Source: Raja brachyura
Taxonomy: Eukaryota
Assembly (NCBI GenBank): GCA_963514005.1
Contig: OY740789.1
Span: forward strand, 51,398,001-51,462,000
Length of the DNA: 64,000 nucleotides
Direction of reading: 5' to 3'
The notes under the pieces: generated by a model
Database searches by the model: none
Told to the model about the DNA's origin: nothing
Seen by the model: only the letters and a program-made list of their open reading frames with translations
Part shown: piece by piece, positions 24,587 to 37,499 of the stretch
Layout of the letters: every line of letters starts with the position of its first letter
Numbering within the stretch: position 1 is the first letter of the stretch
Made by a program: the position numbers and the translations under genes

Positions 24587-25359
24587 GAGGGATATGGATC
24601 ATGTACAGGCGGATGAGATCAGTTTAACTTGGCATCATGTTTGGCACAAACATTGTGGGCCGAAGGGCCCGTTCTTGTTCTGTACTGTTCTATGTTCAAT
24701 GTTTAACCCAATCTTTAGCATGGGCTGCACAGAGAGCCGGAATGGAGTGGAGTTAGGGATGGATCAGGAGGCTGAAAGGAGAATGTAAACCGTGCAGACC
24801 TGTTCATACCCACCCAAACTGACCCTGAAGAACTGAGTACAATTCCAGTAAACACAATCTGAAAATCCCCATTCACATCAGCTCAGATTTTTAACCTCCC
24901 GTATGTTAATGAGCATCACTTGACAACCTTGCACAAGTAAAAGCTGCCAAAAGAATAAACGCACAGAACTAAATCTTTACATGTAATCGTGTTGTGTTGC
25001 ATACATGAGTTAATTAAGTCAACCTGGAGTGCACAGTCTTTTCCCCAGGGTAGGACGGTCTAGACGTGAGACGTGCAATATTTAAGAGGAACCTGAGGTG
25101 TAACTTTTTCACTCAGAGTGTGATGATGTGTATGGAATGAGTTGCCAGAGGAGGTAGTTGAGACAAGTACGATGAAAGTATTTAAGACACATGAACAGGC
25201 ACATGGATAGGAAAGGTTTAAATGGATTTGGGCCAAATACGGCAAATAAAGCATCATTGAATGATTATTATCAATAAAGCATCATTGAAATGGGGCTAGC
25301 TTAGATGGGGCTTTGGTTAGCATGGGCATGTTGGGCTGAACATTTGGTATGATTCATAT

Positions 25360-25652
25360 GGGGCGGCATGGTGGCACAGCGGTAGAGTTGCTGCCTTATG
25401 GCGCCAGAGACGCAGGTTCAATCCTGACTGTGGATGCTGTCTGTATGGAGTTTGTACGTTCTCCCTGTGACCAAGTAGGTGTTCCGGTTTCCTCCCACAA
25501 TCCAAAGACGTGTAGGTTTGTAGGTTAATTGGCTTCCGTAAAGTTTGTAAATTGTCCGTAATGTGTAAGATAGTATTAGTGTACGGGAATCACAGTTGAT
25601 GTGAACTCAGTGGGCTGAAGGGCCTGTCTCCGTGCTGTGCCTCTAAACTAAA
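25360..25652 (+). mobile_element. V-SINE (HE1-like)
   Basis: SINE family motifs, following a CR1 3' fragment (25030-25350). Confidence 0.9.
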
Positions 25653-26523
25653 CCGAAGACTCAATGACTTGAGTAATTCCTTGTTGCCTGTAACCCTTTG
25701 TCTGTCCTGTGCTTTGAGCTATGGGTGCTGAAAATCTGGTTACCTTCAGTAGATGCAAGATGCAGCTTGTCTGGTTTGGTTCAGAGGATGACCACAAGCA
25801 ACACTGGGCCTAAAGGCACAGGTGCATCATGCACCATCTCAGCAAGAGGAGCAGCTGTCCCGACCGGCTGACATGCAAAAAGACGTGTGATAAGACTGAT
25901 GGGCAAAGTTGGATATGTGATTGCATTTGATTTTCTTCCTTAAAAAAGACCACTTGAAGCCTCTGCCATTCCCCTCATGGTGCGAACTCTGTAGGGTCAT
26001 GTGGTCACACAGCGTGGAAACAGGCCCGTGGGCCCAACTTGCCCACACCAAACAACATGACCCATCTACACGAGTCCTACCTGCCTGCCTTTGGCTCGTA
26101 TCCCTCTAAACCCATCAGTTCCATGTACCTGTCTAAATGTTTTTTAAGCGTTGCCGCAGTACCTGCCTCAACTACTGTACCTCCTCGGGCAGGTCATTCC
26201 ATACACCCACCACCCTTTGTGCAAAAAATGTTACCCCTCAGGTTCCCATTAACTCTTCCCCCCCTCACCTTAAACCTATGTTGTTTGGTTCTCGATTTCC
26301 CTACTCTGTGTGTTTACCCGATCTATTTCTCTCATGGCAGTCACAGTACTTCTGTGATCTATTGGAGGTCATATCACCATAGTCTTTGCAGACCGCACGA
26401 TCGAGCCAAGTTGGAAGCAATTGAACTTGCCAGGTGGTACCTGAGGTTTCACTGAAGTAACTGTGGTCTCGAACGAAAGAAAAGGTCAGGGAAAGAATAG
26501 CTTTTAATTTAAATCTCCTGACT

Positions 26524-26786
26524 TGTTTAGTTTTGTTTAGTTGAGAGATACAGCGTGGAAACAGGCCCTTCAGCCCATCAAGCCCATGCGGATCAGCAAT
26601 CCCCACACACTAACACTATCCTACACACACGAGAGACAATTTACAATTATACCAAGCCAATTAGCCTACAAACCTATACCAGAGCAGGTTATGGGGAGAA
26701 CCTACAAACTCCATGCAGACAGCACCCGTAGTCAGGATCGAAATGGGGTCTCTGGCAAGATAGCAACTGTACCGCTGTGCCGCCCT
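26524..26786 (-). mobile_element. V-SINE (HE1-like), internally deleted
   Basis: Reverse SINE motifs with part of the V-domain missing. Confidence 0.85.
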
Positions 26787-26879
26787 TATGATTGCCATTT
26801 GTGAGCTCCCCCACCCTATAAGAGAGTCCTGAGCAGACTCAAGCAGGATACATGCGTGGAACTGATTCCTCAGGAACAT

Positions 26880-27700
26880 TGTTCGAGATTTGGGCTATTT
26901 GGAAAAGTGGGCTGAAAGATGGCAGATAGAGTTTAATGCTGATAAGTGTGAAGTGCTACATCTTGGCAGGACAAATCAAAGTAGGACGTACATGGTAAAT
27001 GGTAGGGAATTGAGGAATGCTGTGGAACAGAGGGATCTAGGAATAACTGTGCATAGTTCCCTGTAGGTGGAATTGCATGTAGATAGGGTGGTAAAGAAAG
27101 CTTTTGGTGTGCTGGCCTTTATAAATCAGAGCATTGAATATAGGAGTAGGGAAGTAATGTTAAAATTGTACAAGGCATTGGCAAGACCAATTCTGGAGTA
27201 TGGTGTACAATTTTGGTCGCCTAATTATAGGAAGGATGTCAACAAAATAGAGAGAGTACAGAGGAGATTTATTAGAATGTTGCCTGGGTTCCAGCAACTA
27301 AGTGCTTGAACAAGTTAGGCCTTTATTCTTTGGAGCGCAGAAGGTTAAGGGGGGAGTTGATTGAGGTATTTAAAATGATGAAAGGAATAGACAGAGTCGA
27401 CGTGGATAAGCTTTTCCCATTGAGGGCATGACATGAGAATTAAGGGACAGAAGTTTATGGGTAACATGAGGGGGAACTTCTTTACTCAGAGAGTGGTGGC
27501 TGTGTGGAATGAGCTTCCAGCAGAAGTGGTGGAGGCAGGATCGATTTTAACATTTAAAAGTAAAGTGGATAGGTATATGGACGGGAAGGAAATGGAGGGG
27601 TATGGTCTGAGTGCAGGTAGATGGGACTAGGGGAAAATAAATGGTTGGCATGGACTGGAAGGGCCGAGAGGGCCTGTTTCCGTTATATGGTTATATGGTT
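26880..27700 (+). mobile_element. 5'-truncated CR1 LINE
   Basis: ORF2 C-terminus (LYKALARPILEYGVQFWSP; FFTQRVVAVWNELP) and (GGTTATAT)n tail. Confidence 0.9.
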
Positions 27701-28269
27701 ACGTGCTCTCGATGCAGCTTTGAGATGGCCAATAAGGCATTATCTGTTTCAATGCTACTCACCATCTCTCAGGTCGTTGTGTATATTGCCTTTTTGTGGA
27801 AAACATAAAACTAATTACTTGTAGCCACACTGGAGTCAAGTTGAATCACTAACCTGCATGTGAAATTAACTTTCGCACTGATATATCTTTTTTAAAATCT
27901 GTTTGCCTATACAGGTATGTAGACAACTAAATGGCTTTCCTTGGTGCTTTGTGAGCAGAGGGTGATGGAAATTAAAAACATGGAGGAAAGTAGGAAACAT
28001 AAGGATAGAAGCCACTCCCAGCTTCACGACCACCATCATTCAGCCATGTGTAAGCATGCAGCAAAGTAACCAAGGCATTCTACACTTTTACCATCTTATT
28101 ATGTGAGCTCTTTCACAAGGAGTCTTGCGGTAGACTTTGTCAAATCTGTTATGCTTCGATTTCTAAGGTGTAAAAGCTAAGCGTGTAAGGCGAAACGTGT
28201 AAAACCTAATGGTTACCTTTTCATTAGGTTATATTTAAAACCCAATTTAAAGTCAAATTGTTTAACAAG

Positions 28270-28670
28270 GAAGAAGAGACCCAACTTGAAACGTCACATA
28301 TCTGTGTCCTCCAGAAATGTTGCGTGACCCATTGAGTTATTCCAGCACTTTGTCTTTTTTTTGTAAACCAGCATCTGCAGTTCCTCAGCAATCTATATCC
28401 CTGATTAGCCCTGCAAAAGTAGTCTGTTCCTTTCACATTTACTCTTCATTGACAAATTTTCGGATTCATCGGAGACGCAAGGAACTGCAGATGCTGGTTT
28501 ACAAAAAAAGGCAAAGTGCTGGAGTAACTCAATGGGTCAGGCAGCATTTCTGAAGGGCATAGATAGGTGATGTTTGAAGTTGGGACTGGTTCAGACTGAA
28601 GAAGGGTCCCAATCCAAAACGTCACCTATCCGTGTTCTCTACAGCTGCAGCCTGACCTACGAAATTTGTC
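28270..28670. mobile_element. Cluster of Penelope-like termini in opposite orientations
   Basis: Three copies of the terminal motif, including an inverted pair at 28325-28385 / 28480-28539. Confidence 0.75.
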
Positions 28671-28899
28671 TTTTTTCATATTCTTTCCTTGGTTGTGTGC
28701 TGCTGGTAGACGTCAGTTAATGCATTGTGTGAGGGTGCACATGATGAAACAGATCACAGGTTAGGGGCGGCAATCACTCATACATTTTCAAAGTTAGGAG
28801 GTATTTAATTTGATGGGTTTCACTTGACCTGTTTACCAGGTCATCACGGGAAAGCCATGGAGACAGTCTATGGTCCATGATGGTGCCGTGTTGTATGAT

Positions 28900-31456
28900 C
28901 TCGAGACATGCAGGTAGACTGGGAAAATCAGGTTAGTACTGGACCCCAAGAAAGGGACTTTGTAGAGTGCCTTTGTGATGGATTCTTAGAACAGCTTGTA
29001 TTGGAGCCTACCAGGGAGAAGGCAATTCTGGATTTAGTGTTATGTAATGAACCGGATTTGATAAAGGACCTCGAGGTTAATGAGCCATTTGGAGGCAGTG
29101 ACCATAACATGGTCAGCTTTAATCTACAATTGGAGAGGGGGAAGGGTAGATCGGAGGTGCCAATGTTGCAGTTGAACAAAGGGGACTATGGGGCCATGAG
29201 TGAGGAGCTGGCCAAAGTTGACTGGAAAGATGCACTAGCAGGGATGGCAGTGGAACAAAAATGGCAGGTGTTTTTAGGAATAATACAGAAGGTGCGGGAT
29301 CAGTTCATTCCTAGGAGGAAGAAAGATTCTAAGGGGAGAAAGGGTCAACCATGGCTGACAAGGGGCGTCAGGGACAGTATAAACATTAAAACGAAGAAGT
29401 ACAACATAGTAATGATGAGCGGGAAGCAAGAGGATGGGGTAATGTTTAAAGAACAACAGAAGATAACCAAAACGATAATACAGGAAGAAAAGATGAGGTA
29501 TGAAGGTAAGCTAGCCAAGAATATGAAGCAGGATAGTAAAAGCTTCTTTAGGTATGTGAAGAGGAAACAATGAATTGGTTACGACCAAAGTTGGACCCTT
29601 GAAGACCAAAAAAGGTGAATTTATTATGGGGAACAAGGAAATGGCAGATGAGTTGAACAGGTACTTTGGATCTGTCTTAACTAAGGAGGACACAAACAAT
29701 CTTCCTGATATAGTAGTGGCCAGAGGATCTGGGGTGACAGAGGAACTGAAGGAAATCCACATTAGGCAGGAAATTGTGTTGGATAGACTGATGGGACTGA
29801 AGGCTGATAAATCCCCAGGGTCTGCATCCCAGGGTACTTAAGGAAGTGGCTCTAGAAATCGTGGATGCATTGGTGATAATTTTCCAATGTTCTATAGACT
29901 CAGGATCAGTTCCTGTGGATTGGAGGGTAGCTAATGTTATCCCACTTTTTAAGAAAGGCGGGAGAGAGAAAACAGGGAATTATAAAAGATGAAATAGCGG
30001 CTTATTTGGATAGCAGCAACACGACCGGTCCGAGTCAGCATGGATTTACGAAGAGGATATCATGCTTGACTAATAATCTTCTGGAATTTTTTGAAGATGT
30101 AACTAGGAAAATGGACAAGGGAGAGCCAGTGGATGTAGTGTACCTGGACTTTCAGAAAGCATTTGATAAGGTCCCACATAGGAGATTAGTGAGCAAAATT
30201 AGGGCACATGGTATTGGGGGTAGAGTGATGACATGGATAGAGAAGTGGTTGGCAGACATGAAACAAAGAATAGGGATTAACGGGTCCCTTTCAGAATGGC
30301 AGGCAGTGACTTGTGGGGTACCGCAAGGTTCGGTGCTGGGGCCGCAGTTATTTACAATATTCATCAATGATTTGGATGAAGGGATTCAAAGTAACATTAG
30401 CACATTTGCAGATGACACAAAGCTGGGTGACAGTGTGAACTGTGAGGAGGATGCTATGAGAATGCAGGGTGAAGTGGACAGGTTGGGGAAGTGGGCAGAT
30501 GCATGGCAGATGACGTTTAATGCGGATAAATGTGAGGTTATCCACTTTGGTAGCAAAAACAGGAAGGCAGATTACTATCTAAATGGCGTCAAGTTGGGAA
30601 AATGGGAAGTATAATGGGATCTGGGGGTCCTTCCACATCAGTCTATGAAAGTAAACATGCAGGTATAGCAGGCAGTGAAGAAAACAAATGGCATGCTGGT
30701 CTTTATAACAAGAGGATTCGAATACAGGAGCAAAGATGTCCTTCTGCAGTTGTCCCCAAATTTGAGGAAGGACATTCTTGCTATTGAGGCAGTGCAGCGT
30801 AGGTTTATAAGGTTAATTCCCGGGATGGCGGGACTGTCATGTGCTGAGAGAATGGAGCAGCTGGGCTTGTACACTCTGGAGTTTAGAATGATGAGAGGGG
30901 ATCTCATTGAAACATATAAGATTGTTAAGGGTTTGGACATGCTAGAGGCAGGAAACATGTTCCCGATGTTGGGGGAGTCCAGAACCAGGGGCCACAGTTT
31001 AAGAATAAGGAGTAAGCCATTTAGAACGGAGACGAGGAAACACTTTTTCTCACAGAGAGTGGTGAGTCTGTGGAATTCTCCGCCACAGATGACGGTGGAG
31101 GCAGGTTCTCTGAATGCTTTCAAGAGAGAGCTAGATAGGGCTCTTAAAATTATGGTAGTCAGGGGATATGGGGAGAAGGCAGGAACGGGGTACTGATTGG
31201 GGATGATCAGCCATGATCACATTGAATGGCGGTGCTGGCTCGAAGGGCCGAATGGCCTACTCCTGCACCACCATTCAATGTGATCATGGCTGATCATCCC
31301 CAATCAGTACCCCGTTCCTGCCTTCTCCCCATATCCCCTGACTGCCCAATTTTTAAGAGCCCTATCTAGCTCTCTCTTGAAAGCATTCAGAGAACCTGCC
31401 TCCACCACATGGCTTCCTACTCCTACTACTCTATTGTCTATTGCTTATTGTCTATT
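28900..31456 (+). mobile_element. CR1 LINE, 5'-truncated, frameshifted ORF2 (endonuclease end and RT)
   Basis: ORFs 28908, 29575, 29934 and 30675 carry PTREKAILDLVL, SDHN, YLDFQKAFDKVPH, GVPQGSVLGP and FADD motifs. (CTATTGT)n tail. Confidence 0.95.
31094..31406. repeat. ~142-bp inverted duplication inside the CR1 3' end
   Basis: 31265-31406 is the reverse complement of 31094-31235 with a few mismatches. Confidence 0.9.
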
Positions 31457-31484
31457 GAGACAAAGCTGCAGACCATTTTTCAAG

Positions 31485-31627
31485 GGTTACACAGGGTCTG
31501 AAGAAGGGTCTCGACCCGAAACGTCGCCTATCTCCTTCGCTCCTTAGATGCTGCTGCACCCGCTGAGTTTCTCCAGCTTTTTGTGTAACCCTCGATTCTC
31601 CAGCATCTGCAGTTCCTTCTTTAACAC
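31485..31627 (+). mobile_element. Short Penelope-derived element
   Basis: Flanked by near-identical GACCAYYTTTCAAG (31471-31484 / 31628-31641). Short inverted 5' piece AGGGTTACACA. Confidence 0.85.
31494..31529 (+). ncRNA. Minimal type I hammerhead ribozyme motif
   Basis: GGGT-CTGAAGA-A-GGGTC(TC)GACCC-GAAA-CGTC-GCCT: intact CUGANGA/GAAA core, 5-bp stem II, palindromic ACGT stem III and GUC cleavage triplet. Confidence 0.75.
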
Positions 31628-31674
31628 GACCACCTTTCAAGAGTCTGTGTGTTTTATTGTGGTACACAAGAGTG

Positions 31675-32190
31675 TTTTATTGTGGTATGTCACTGAATCG
31701 GAACAATGAAGTTCTTAATTGCAGCAGCACAACAGATATGCAAACCTAGTACTGTAAAATCCATAGGACGCAACAAATAAAAATTCAGTGTGTGTATGTT
31801 TGTGTATGTGCGTATATATGTATAGACAATTAAACAATAATAGTGCAAAGTCAATAATAATACCCCCAAGTTAATATAGTTCGGAGCCTATGTGGAGGTT
31901 GTAGTGTATGATAGCCTGATGATTATTGGGAAGAACCTGGACGTTACAGTTTTCAGGCTCCTATAACTTATTTCCAATTGCAGCAGTGAAATAGGTATGT
32001 GGCCAGGATGGTGTGGCCCTCTGATGCTGGCTGCCTATTTGAGGCAGTAACTCGTGTAGATCCATTTGATGATGGAGAGGTCAGTACCCATGATGGACTG
32101 AGCAGAGTTCACCACTTTTTGCAATCTTCTTCCTTCCTGAGCATTCAATTTGGTGAACCAGGCCATGACACAACCAGTCAATATGCTCTA
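31675..32190 (-). mobile_element. Rex1/Babar LINE 3' fragment
   Basis: Homologous to 17355-17655 plus 3' UTR ending in AATAAA on the minus strand. Confidence 0.75.
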
Positions 32191-32789
32191 GATGTACAAG
32201 AGAGTAAAAGAGCATTGCTTCTTCAAAGCCCTTGGCTGAGGTTTGAAGCTTGCTTTTAGCATCACTATTAAGTGACGTTCTGCAGACTTTGTTCATTATT
32301 TTTTCAATTATCGATTTTGTTTTTGTCTGCATTCAAAGAAAATTAACCACCACACCTGCAGTAACTGAAGGTCACCTCTGAATTTAAAATGAGTCTAAAA
32401 TGCACCTTGAATCCATGTTAGAAGCTGGATATTTTCTACATGCGTGCTCCTAGCAGGAAATTGCAAACTCTCACTCAAAACCATAAACCAGAGGCATTCT
32501 AATAGCAGCAACTAGTGCATGGAGAAAATTGCCTGTCAAATAATGTATAGGAAAACTCAACCAAAACTGCCCCATTGGCCTTCACCCTGCAAGGGATATC
32601 ATCTAACACAATTACTGGGTTAATAGGATGCAAATAATGCAGACAGATATTTTAAAAAGTGGATTTATATTGTGCCTTTGATTCCAAAATATAGCAAAAC
32701 AACTTTACATTCAATAAGATATAATTAATGACAAAATAATGGTGCATTAAAAATGTTTCAGACAGAATTATATTCCCTGAAGTGCTTTT

Positions 32790-33090
32790 GCGGCACAGAA
32801 GCGCAGCGGTAGAGTTGCTGCCTTATAGCTCCAGAGGCCCAGGTTCGATCCTGACCACAGATGTTGTCTGTACAGAGTTTGTACGTTCTCCCTGCGACCA
32901 CGTTGGTTTTCTTCGGGTGCTCCGTTTTCCTCCCACACTCCAAAGACAGGCAGGTCTGTAGGTTATTTGGCTTCTATAAATTGTAAATTGTACCTCATGT
33001 GTAGGATAGTGCTAGTATTAGGGGTGATTGCTGGTCGATGCGGACTCGGTGGGCCGAAGGGCTGTTTCCATGCAGCACCGCTAAACTGAA
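32790..33090 (+). mobile_element. V-SINE (HE1-like)
   Basis: SINE family motifs. Confidence 0.9.
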
Positions 33091-33814
33091 AAAATAAACA
33101 AAATTTAATCCTTTGAAGTGCTTTTGTTAAAAACATAAACTAAAAGAAATTACAGAATGTTCTTGAGACTGAACTATTTTGGCATGGTTTAAACTGCAAT
33201 ATGAGCAGCAAATATAATACTGATGATAGCAAGTTAATTTTAAGAAATGCTTTCCTCTCTTCAAGTTCCAAATATCATTTCAAGCAAACCCACTTGCTGT
33301 TGCATCAATAATGAACATCTTCAAATATAAATAGAAACCAATCTTTTTTTCTTAGAGCCTGTGAGCGATGCTATACCCATTCAGTCAGCGAACTACTACT
33401 GAATGAAAATTGACAGGAGACGATTTAGTAGGCAGTCAAATTATTTCCTATCAGTGTTACAAAAGAGCTGGCTATATTGCCATTCCATGTGATTCACATA
33501 ACATGCAGCCTGCATTCAAAAGAGCTTTCATCAGTAAATTTAAATGTAATTAACTAATGAAGCTGCATGAGCAATAAAAAACAAATAATGGGGTTGACAG
33601 TAAGAGCTATAAAACGTTGATTATGACATTCTGGTCGTAATGCTGAGGTACTAAGATCATGAAGATCTATACAGATTAATTAAGAACGATGATTTCTACC
33701 CTCCTGATCAAAACTTAGCCAGCAAAATTTCTAACACTGCTATCTGTGAAGGTGATTTGCTGGATTTAATGTACAAGTGCAGTACTCGTATAGACAATGT
33801 ACTGTTGATAAAGG

Positions 33815-34100
33815 TTAGTTTAGGATACAGCATGGAAATGTGCTCTTTGACTCACTGAGTCCACACCAACCATTCACACTAGTTTCATGTTATCCCAATT
33901 TATCATCTGCTCCCTACATTCTAGGGGCAATTAACATACAAACCCACACATCTGTGGGATGTGGGAGGAAACTGGTGCACCCGGACAAAACTCAACAGGG
34001 TGAAAGTGCAAAGTCCACACAGACAGCACCCGAGGTCAGGATCGAACCCGGGTCTCTGGTGCTGTGAGGTAATGATTCTACCACTGCACCACTGTGTCAA
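33815..34100 (-). mobile_element. V-SINE (older, diverged)
   Basis: Reverse head GGATCGAACCCGGGTCTCTGG and V-domain. Confidence 0.8.
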
Positions 34101-34354
34101 ACAGTCTTGCATAGTTGTGGGTTTTCTAACAAAAGGACAAAGATTGTTTATTTTTAATGCTAATAACTAGGTCCTTATTAGTTTTAAACAGTCTTCCTGA
34201 TTTTGTTTCTCCAAATTTGATTGAGCAAAATAACGTGTTCATCTGGAGGGAAATAATCAATGATTATGCCCCCCTCAAATCAGATATTCTTAAGCAGGCC
34301 AAAAGGCATTGGAAAACACTTAATTTACCAGTTTGCAGACCACCATAGAGGGCT

Positions 34355-35035
34355 GGATATCAAATGATGAGTACAGTAAGGAGATTGAGAACCTCATAAT
34401 CTGGTGCCAAAACTACAACATCTCCCTCAATATCAACAAGACAAAGGAGATTGTGATTGCCTTCAGCGTGCGAGGTGATACATTGATAGCGCCAAAGTAG
34501 AGATGGTTGATAACTTTGTTCTTTGGAGTAAATATCACCAGCAATATGTCCTGGACTAGGCACATCGAAGCACTGGCTATGAACAATGCCTTTACTTCCT
34601 TAGAAAGCTAAGGAAGTTCAGCATGTCCCCAACAACTCTCACCAACTTCTGCAGATACATCGTAGAGAGTATTTTATAGGGATGGATCACCACATAGTTT
34701 AGGAACAGCTCCATCAAAGACTGCAAGAAATTGCAGAGAATTGTAGAAGTAATGCAAACCAATCTCCCTTCCATTGTCTCCATTTACACCTCACTCTGCC
34801 TGGGCGAGGCCACCAATATAATCAAGGACCAGTCTCACCTCAGTCACTCCCTTTTCTCCCCTCTCCCATCAAGCAGATGATCAGAGGTTTGAAAACACAC
34901 ACCTCCAGATTCAGGGGCAGTTTCTTCTCAGCTATTATCAGGCAACTGAACCCTCCTCTCACCAGCTGTAGTGTGGTTGTGACCTCCCATCTACCTCAGT
35001 GGAGACCATTGATCTATCTGTAATCGGACTTTACC
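34355..35035 (+). mobile_element. Rex1/Babar LINE fragment
   Basis: Decayed RT C-terminus (WCQNYNISLNINKTKEIV; YFLRKLRKF; IIKDQSH). Confidence 0.8.
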
Positions 35036-35825
35036 CTGTGACTGCATGGGTTTCCTCCCACATTCCAAAGATGTGCACGCGAGTTCTATGTTATCCCACT
35101 TTCTCATCCACTCCCTACACACTAGGGGCATTTTATTTTACAGAGGCCAATTAAACCACAAACACACCCATATTTGGGATGTGGGAGAGAACAGGAGCAG
35201 TCACAGAGAGAACATACAAACTTTACATGGACAGCTGCTGAGGTCTGGAGGGGAAAAAATAATAGGAACATGAGGGAATGTTTTTCATGCAGAGTGTGGT
35301 GGGTGTATGGAATGAGCTGCCTGAGGAGGTAGTAGAGGTGGGTAGTATGGCAACATTTAAATTATATTTGGACAGGTCCATGGATGGGAAAGGTTTCGAT
35401 GGATATGGGCCAAACTCAGGCAGGTGGGACTAATGTAGATGGGGCATCTTGGATGGCATGTGCAAGTTGGACCGAAGGGCCTGTTTTTGAGCTGAATTAC
35501 TAAATGACAAGCTGAACCCACCGCCATGATTTGCAATTCTTCCTTAGTTTAATTACATCTCTTCTGCAATCCCAAACTATTGCCCAGGCCTTGCATACGT
35601 ATATTAATTAGATTATTTGACAAATTCTTGAGCCATCATTTTTATTTGTATTATATCCAAATGTGTTTAATTTAATTTTTATTTTTATAATGTTTTATTT
35701 TTAATTGTCTGCTGTGTATCGTGTTCTTATCCTTTTGCGAGCAAAGCACCAAGGCAAATTCCTTGTATGTTTACATACGTGGTCAATACATTTTTATTAT
35801 TTTTCTTTTTTTTTCATTCATTCAT

Positions 35826-36100
35826 TTAGTTTAGTTTAGTTTAGTTTAGTTTAGAGATACAATGTGGAAATTAGCCCTTCGGCCCACTGAGTCCGTGCCA
35901 GCCAATGATCCACACTAGTTCATTCCTAGGGACACTGGGGACATTTTACAGAAGCCAATTAACCCACAAACATGTACACCTTTGGAATGTGGAAGGAAAC
36001 TGGAGTACCCCGAGGAAACCCACGTGATCACAGGGAGAATGTACAAACTCCCTTACTGGGAGAATGTAAGGCAGCAACTCTACCGCTGTGCCACTGTGCC
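35826..36100 (-). mobile_element. V-SINE with (CTAAA)n tail
   Basis: (TTTAG)n at 35826-35853 followed by the reverse SINE body. Confidence 0.85.
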
Positions 36101-36634
36101 ACACATGCGCCACTAAGCCGCTCATGTGTTCTACATGATAATTTTCATTATTTTTTAAAATAATTTTCATTTGTGATTCCTTCATATTTATCGTATGGTT
36201 TTACTGGTTGGCAAACAATTTTTATTGTCTGTGATGAAATTCGTTTATAGGAGATATAAAGATTTGCAGATGCTGGTTTACAAAAAAAGACAAGTGCTGG
36301 AGTAACTCAGTGGGTCTGGCAGCATCTCTGGAGAACAATGATTTCATACCTTCATTTAGACCTATGTCTAAATCTGTCCACCCTCTTAATGTGTATGCAT
36401 ATGCTTTGCTCTAAACAATATGCCTAATGGTTTCCGAACTCTATCACTTAGGATTGTTGTTTGTTTTGGCATATCATAAGCCTTTTCACTTAATCCAATA
36501 ATATTCTTTTGTTGCCAGCCCCATCTGAGAAACATTTGCCATCGAGTGTTTATCTCTCAGAGTATACACTTAGAGGATTATTATGTTTTTTGAGTGGAAT
36601 GGATTTTGATTAATTACATTATAATTGCTCATGT

Positions 36635-37499
36635 TGTCGACCTCCCCGTGTTGAGCCCTGTCAACTGACTTCAGTCAGGCGAACAACAACAGAGACAGCA
36701 GCAGAAATGCAACCTCATCCGCCGCAGCTTGGCGCCAACCTGGAGNNNNNNNNNNNNNNNNNNNNNNNNNNNNNNNNNNNNNNNNNNNNNNNNNNNNNNN
36801 NNNNNNNNNNNNNNNNNNNNNNNNNNNNNNNNNNNNNNNNNNNNNNNNNNNNNNNNNNNNNNNNNNNNNNNNNNNNNNNNNNNNNNNNNNNNNNNNNNNN
36901 NNNNNNNNNNNNNNNNNNNNNNNNNNNNNNNNNNNNNNNNNNNNNNNNNNNNNNNNNNNNNNNNNNNNNNNNNNNNNNNNNNNNNTAAGACATTATACCT
37001 TTTGTTATGATTGTAAATGACGCCATAATAGAAATTAAAATTATTTCTGAGCAGCAACATCGAGATCCTGGAGAGGTGAGGAGGGAGAGTGGGGGCGGGG
37101 GGGGGGGTTGAGGAAGAGGATGGGGTAGGGAGGGAAAGGGGAGAGGTGAGGAGAAAGATTGGGGGAATAGGGGGAGGTGAGGAGCGGGGAGGTGGGGGGG
37201 GGGGTAGAGGGATAGAAGGGAGGTAGGGACCGGAGTGGAGTGGAGGGAGGGATTGTGGGTAGGGGAAAGGAGACTGAGGGAGAGGTGAGGTGAGGGAGGA
37301 ATTGGGGAGGAGAGTAGAGGGGAAAGAAGAGGGAGGATGAAGAGGAGGGGGTGGGAGTGCTGGGGGATGAGGGGAAATGAGCCACGCCTGCGCTGTTGGG
37401 GGAACGGGTGAGTGATGGAATATTACGTTGGGGATCGGGTTGTGTTGGGGGACTAGTCCTCCTGTGTGACAGGGACCCAACGGGTCCCAGTTAGTCTAG
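36635..37499 (+). mobile_element. Non-autonomous Helitron-like element (spans a gap; purine/G-rich interior)
   Basis: 3' end GGGACCC-AAC-GGGTCCC hairpin, 7 nt, then CTAG|T at 37496-37500. The 5' boundary is uncertain. Confidence 0.7.
36746..36985. other. Assembly gap
   Basis: Run of N. Confidence 1.
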
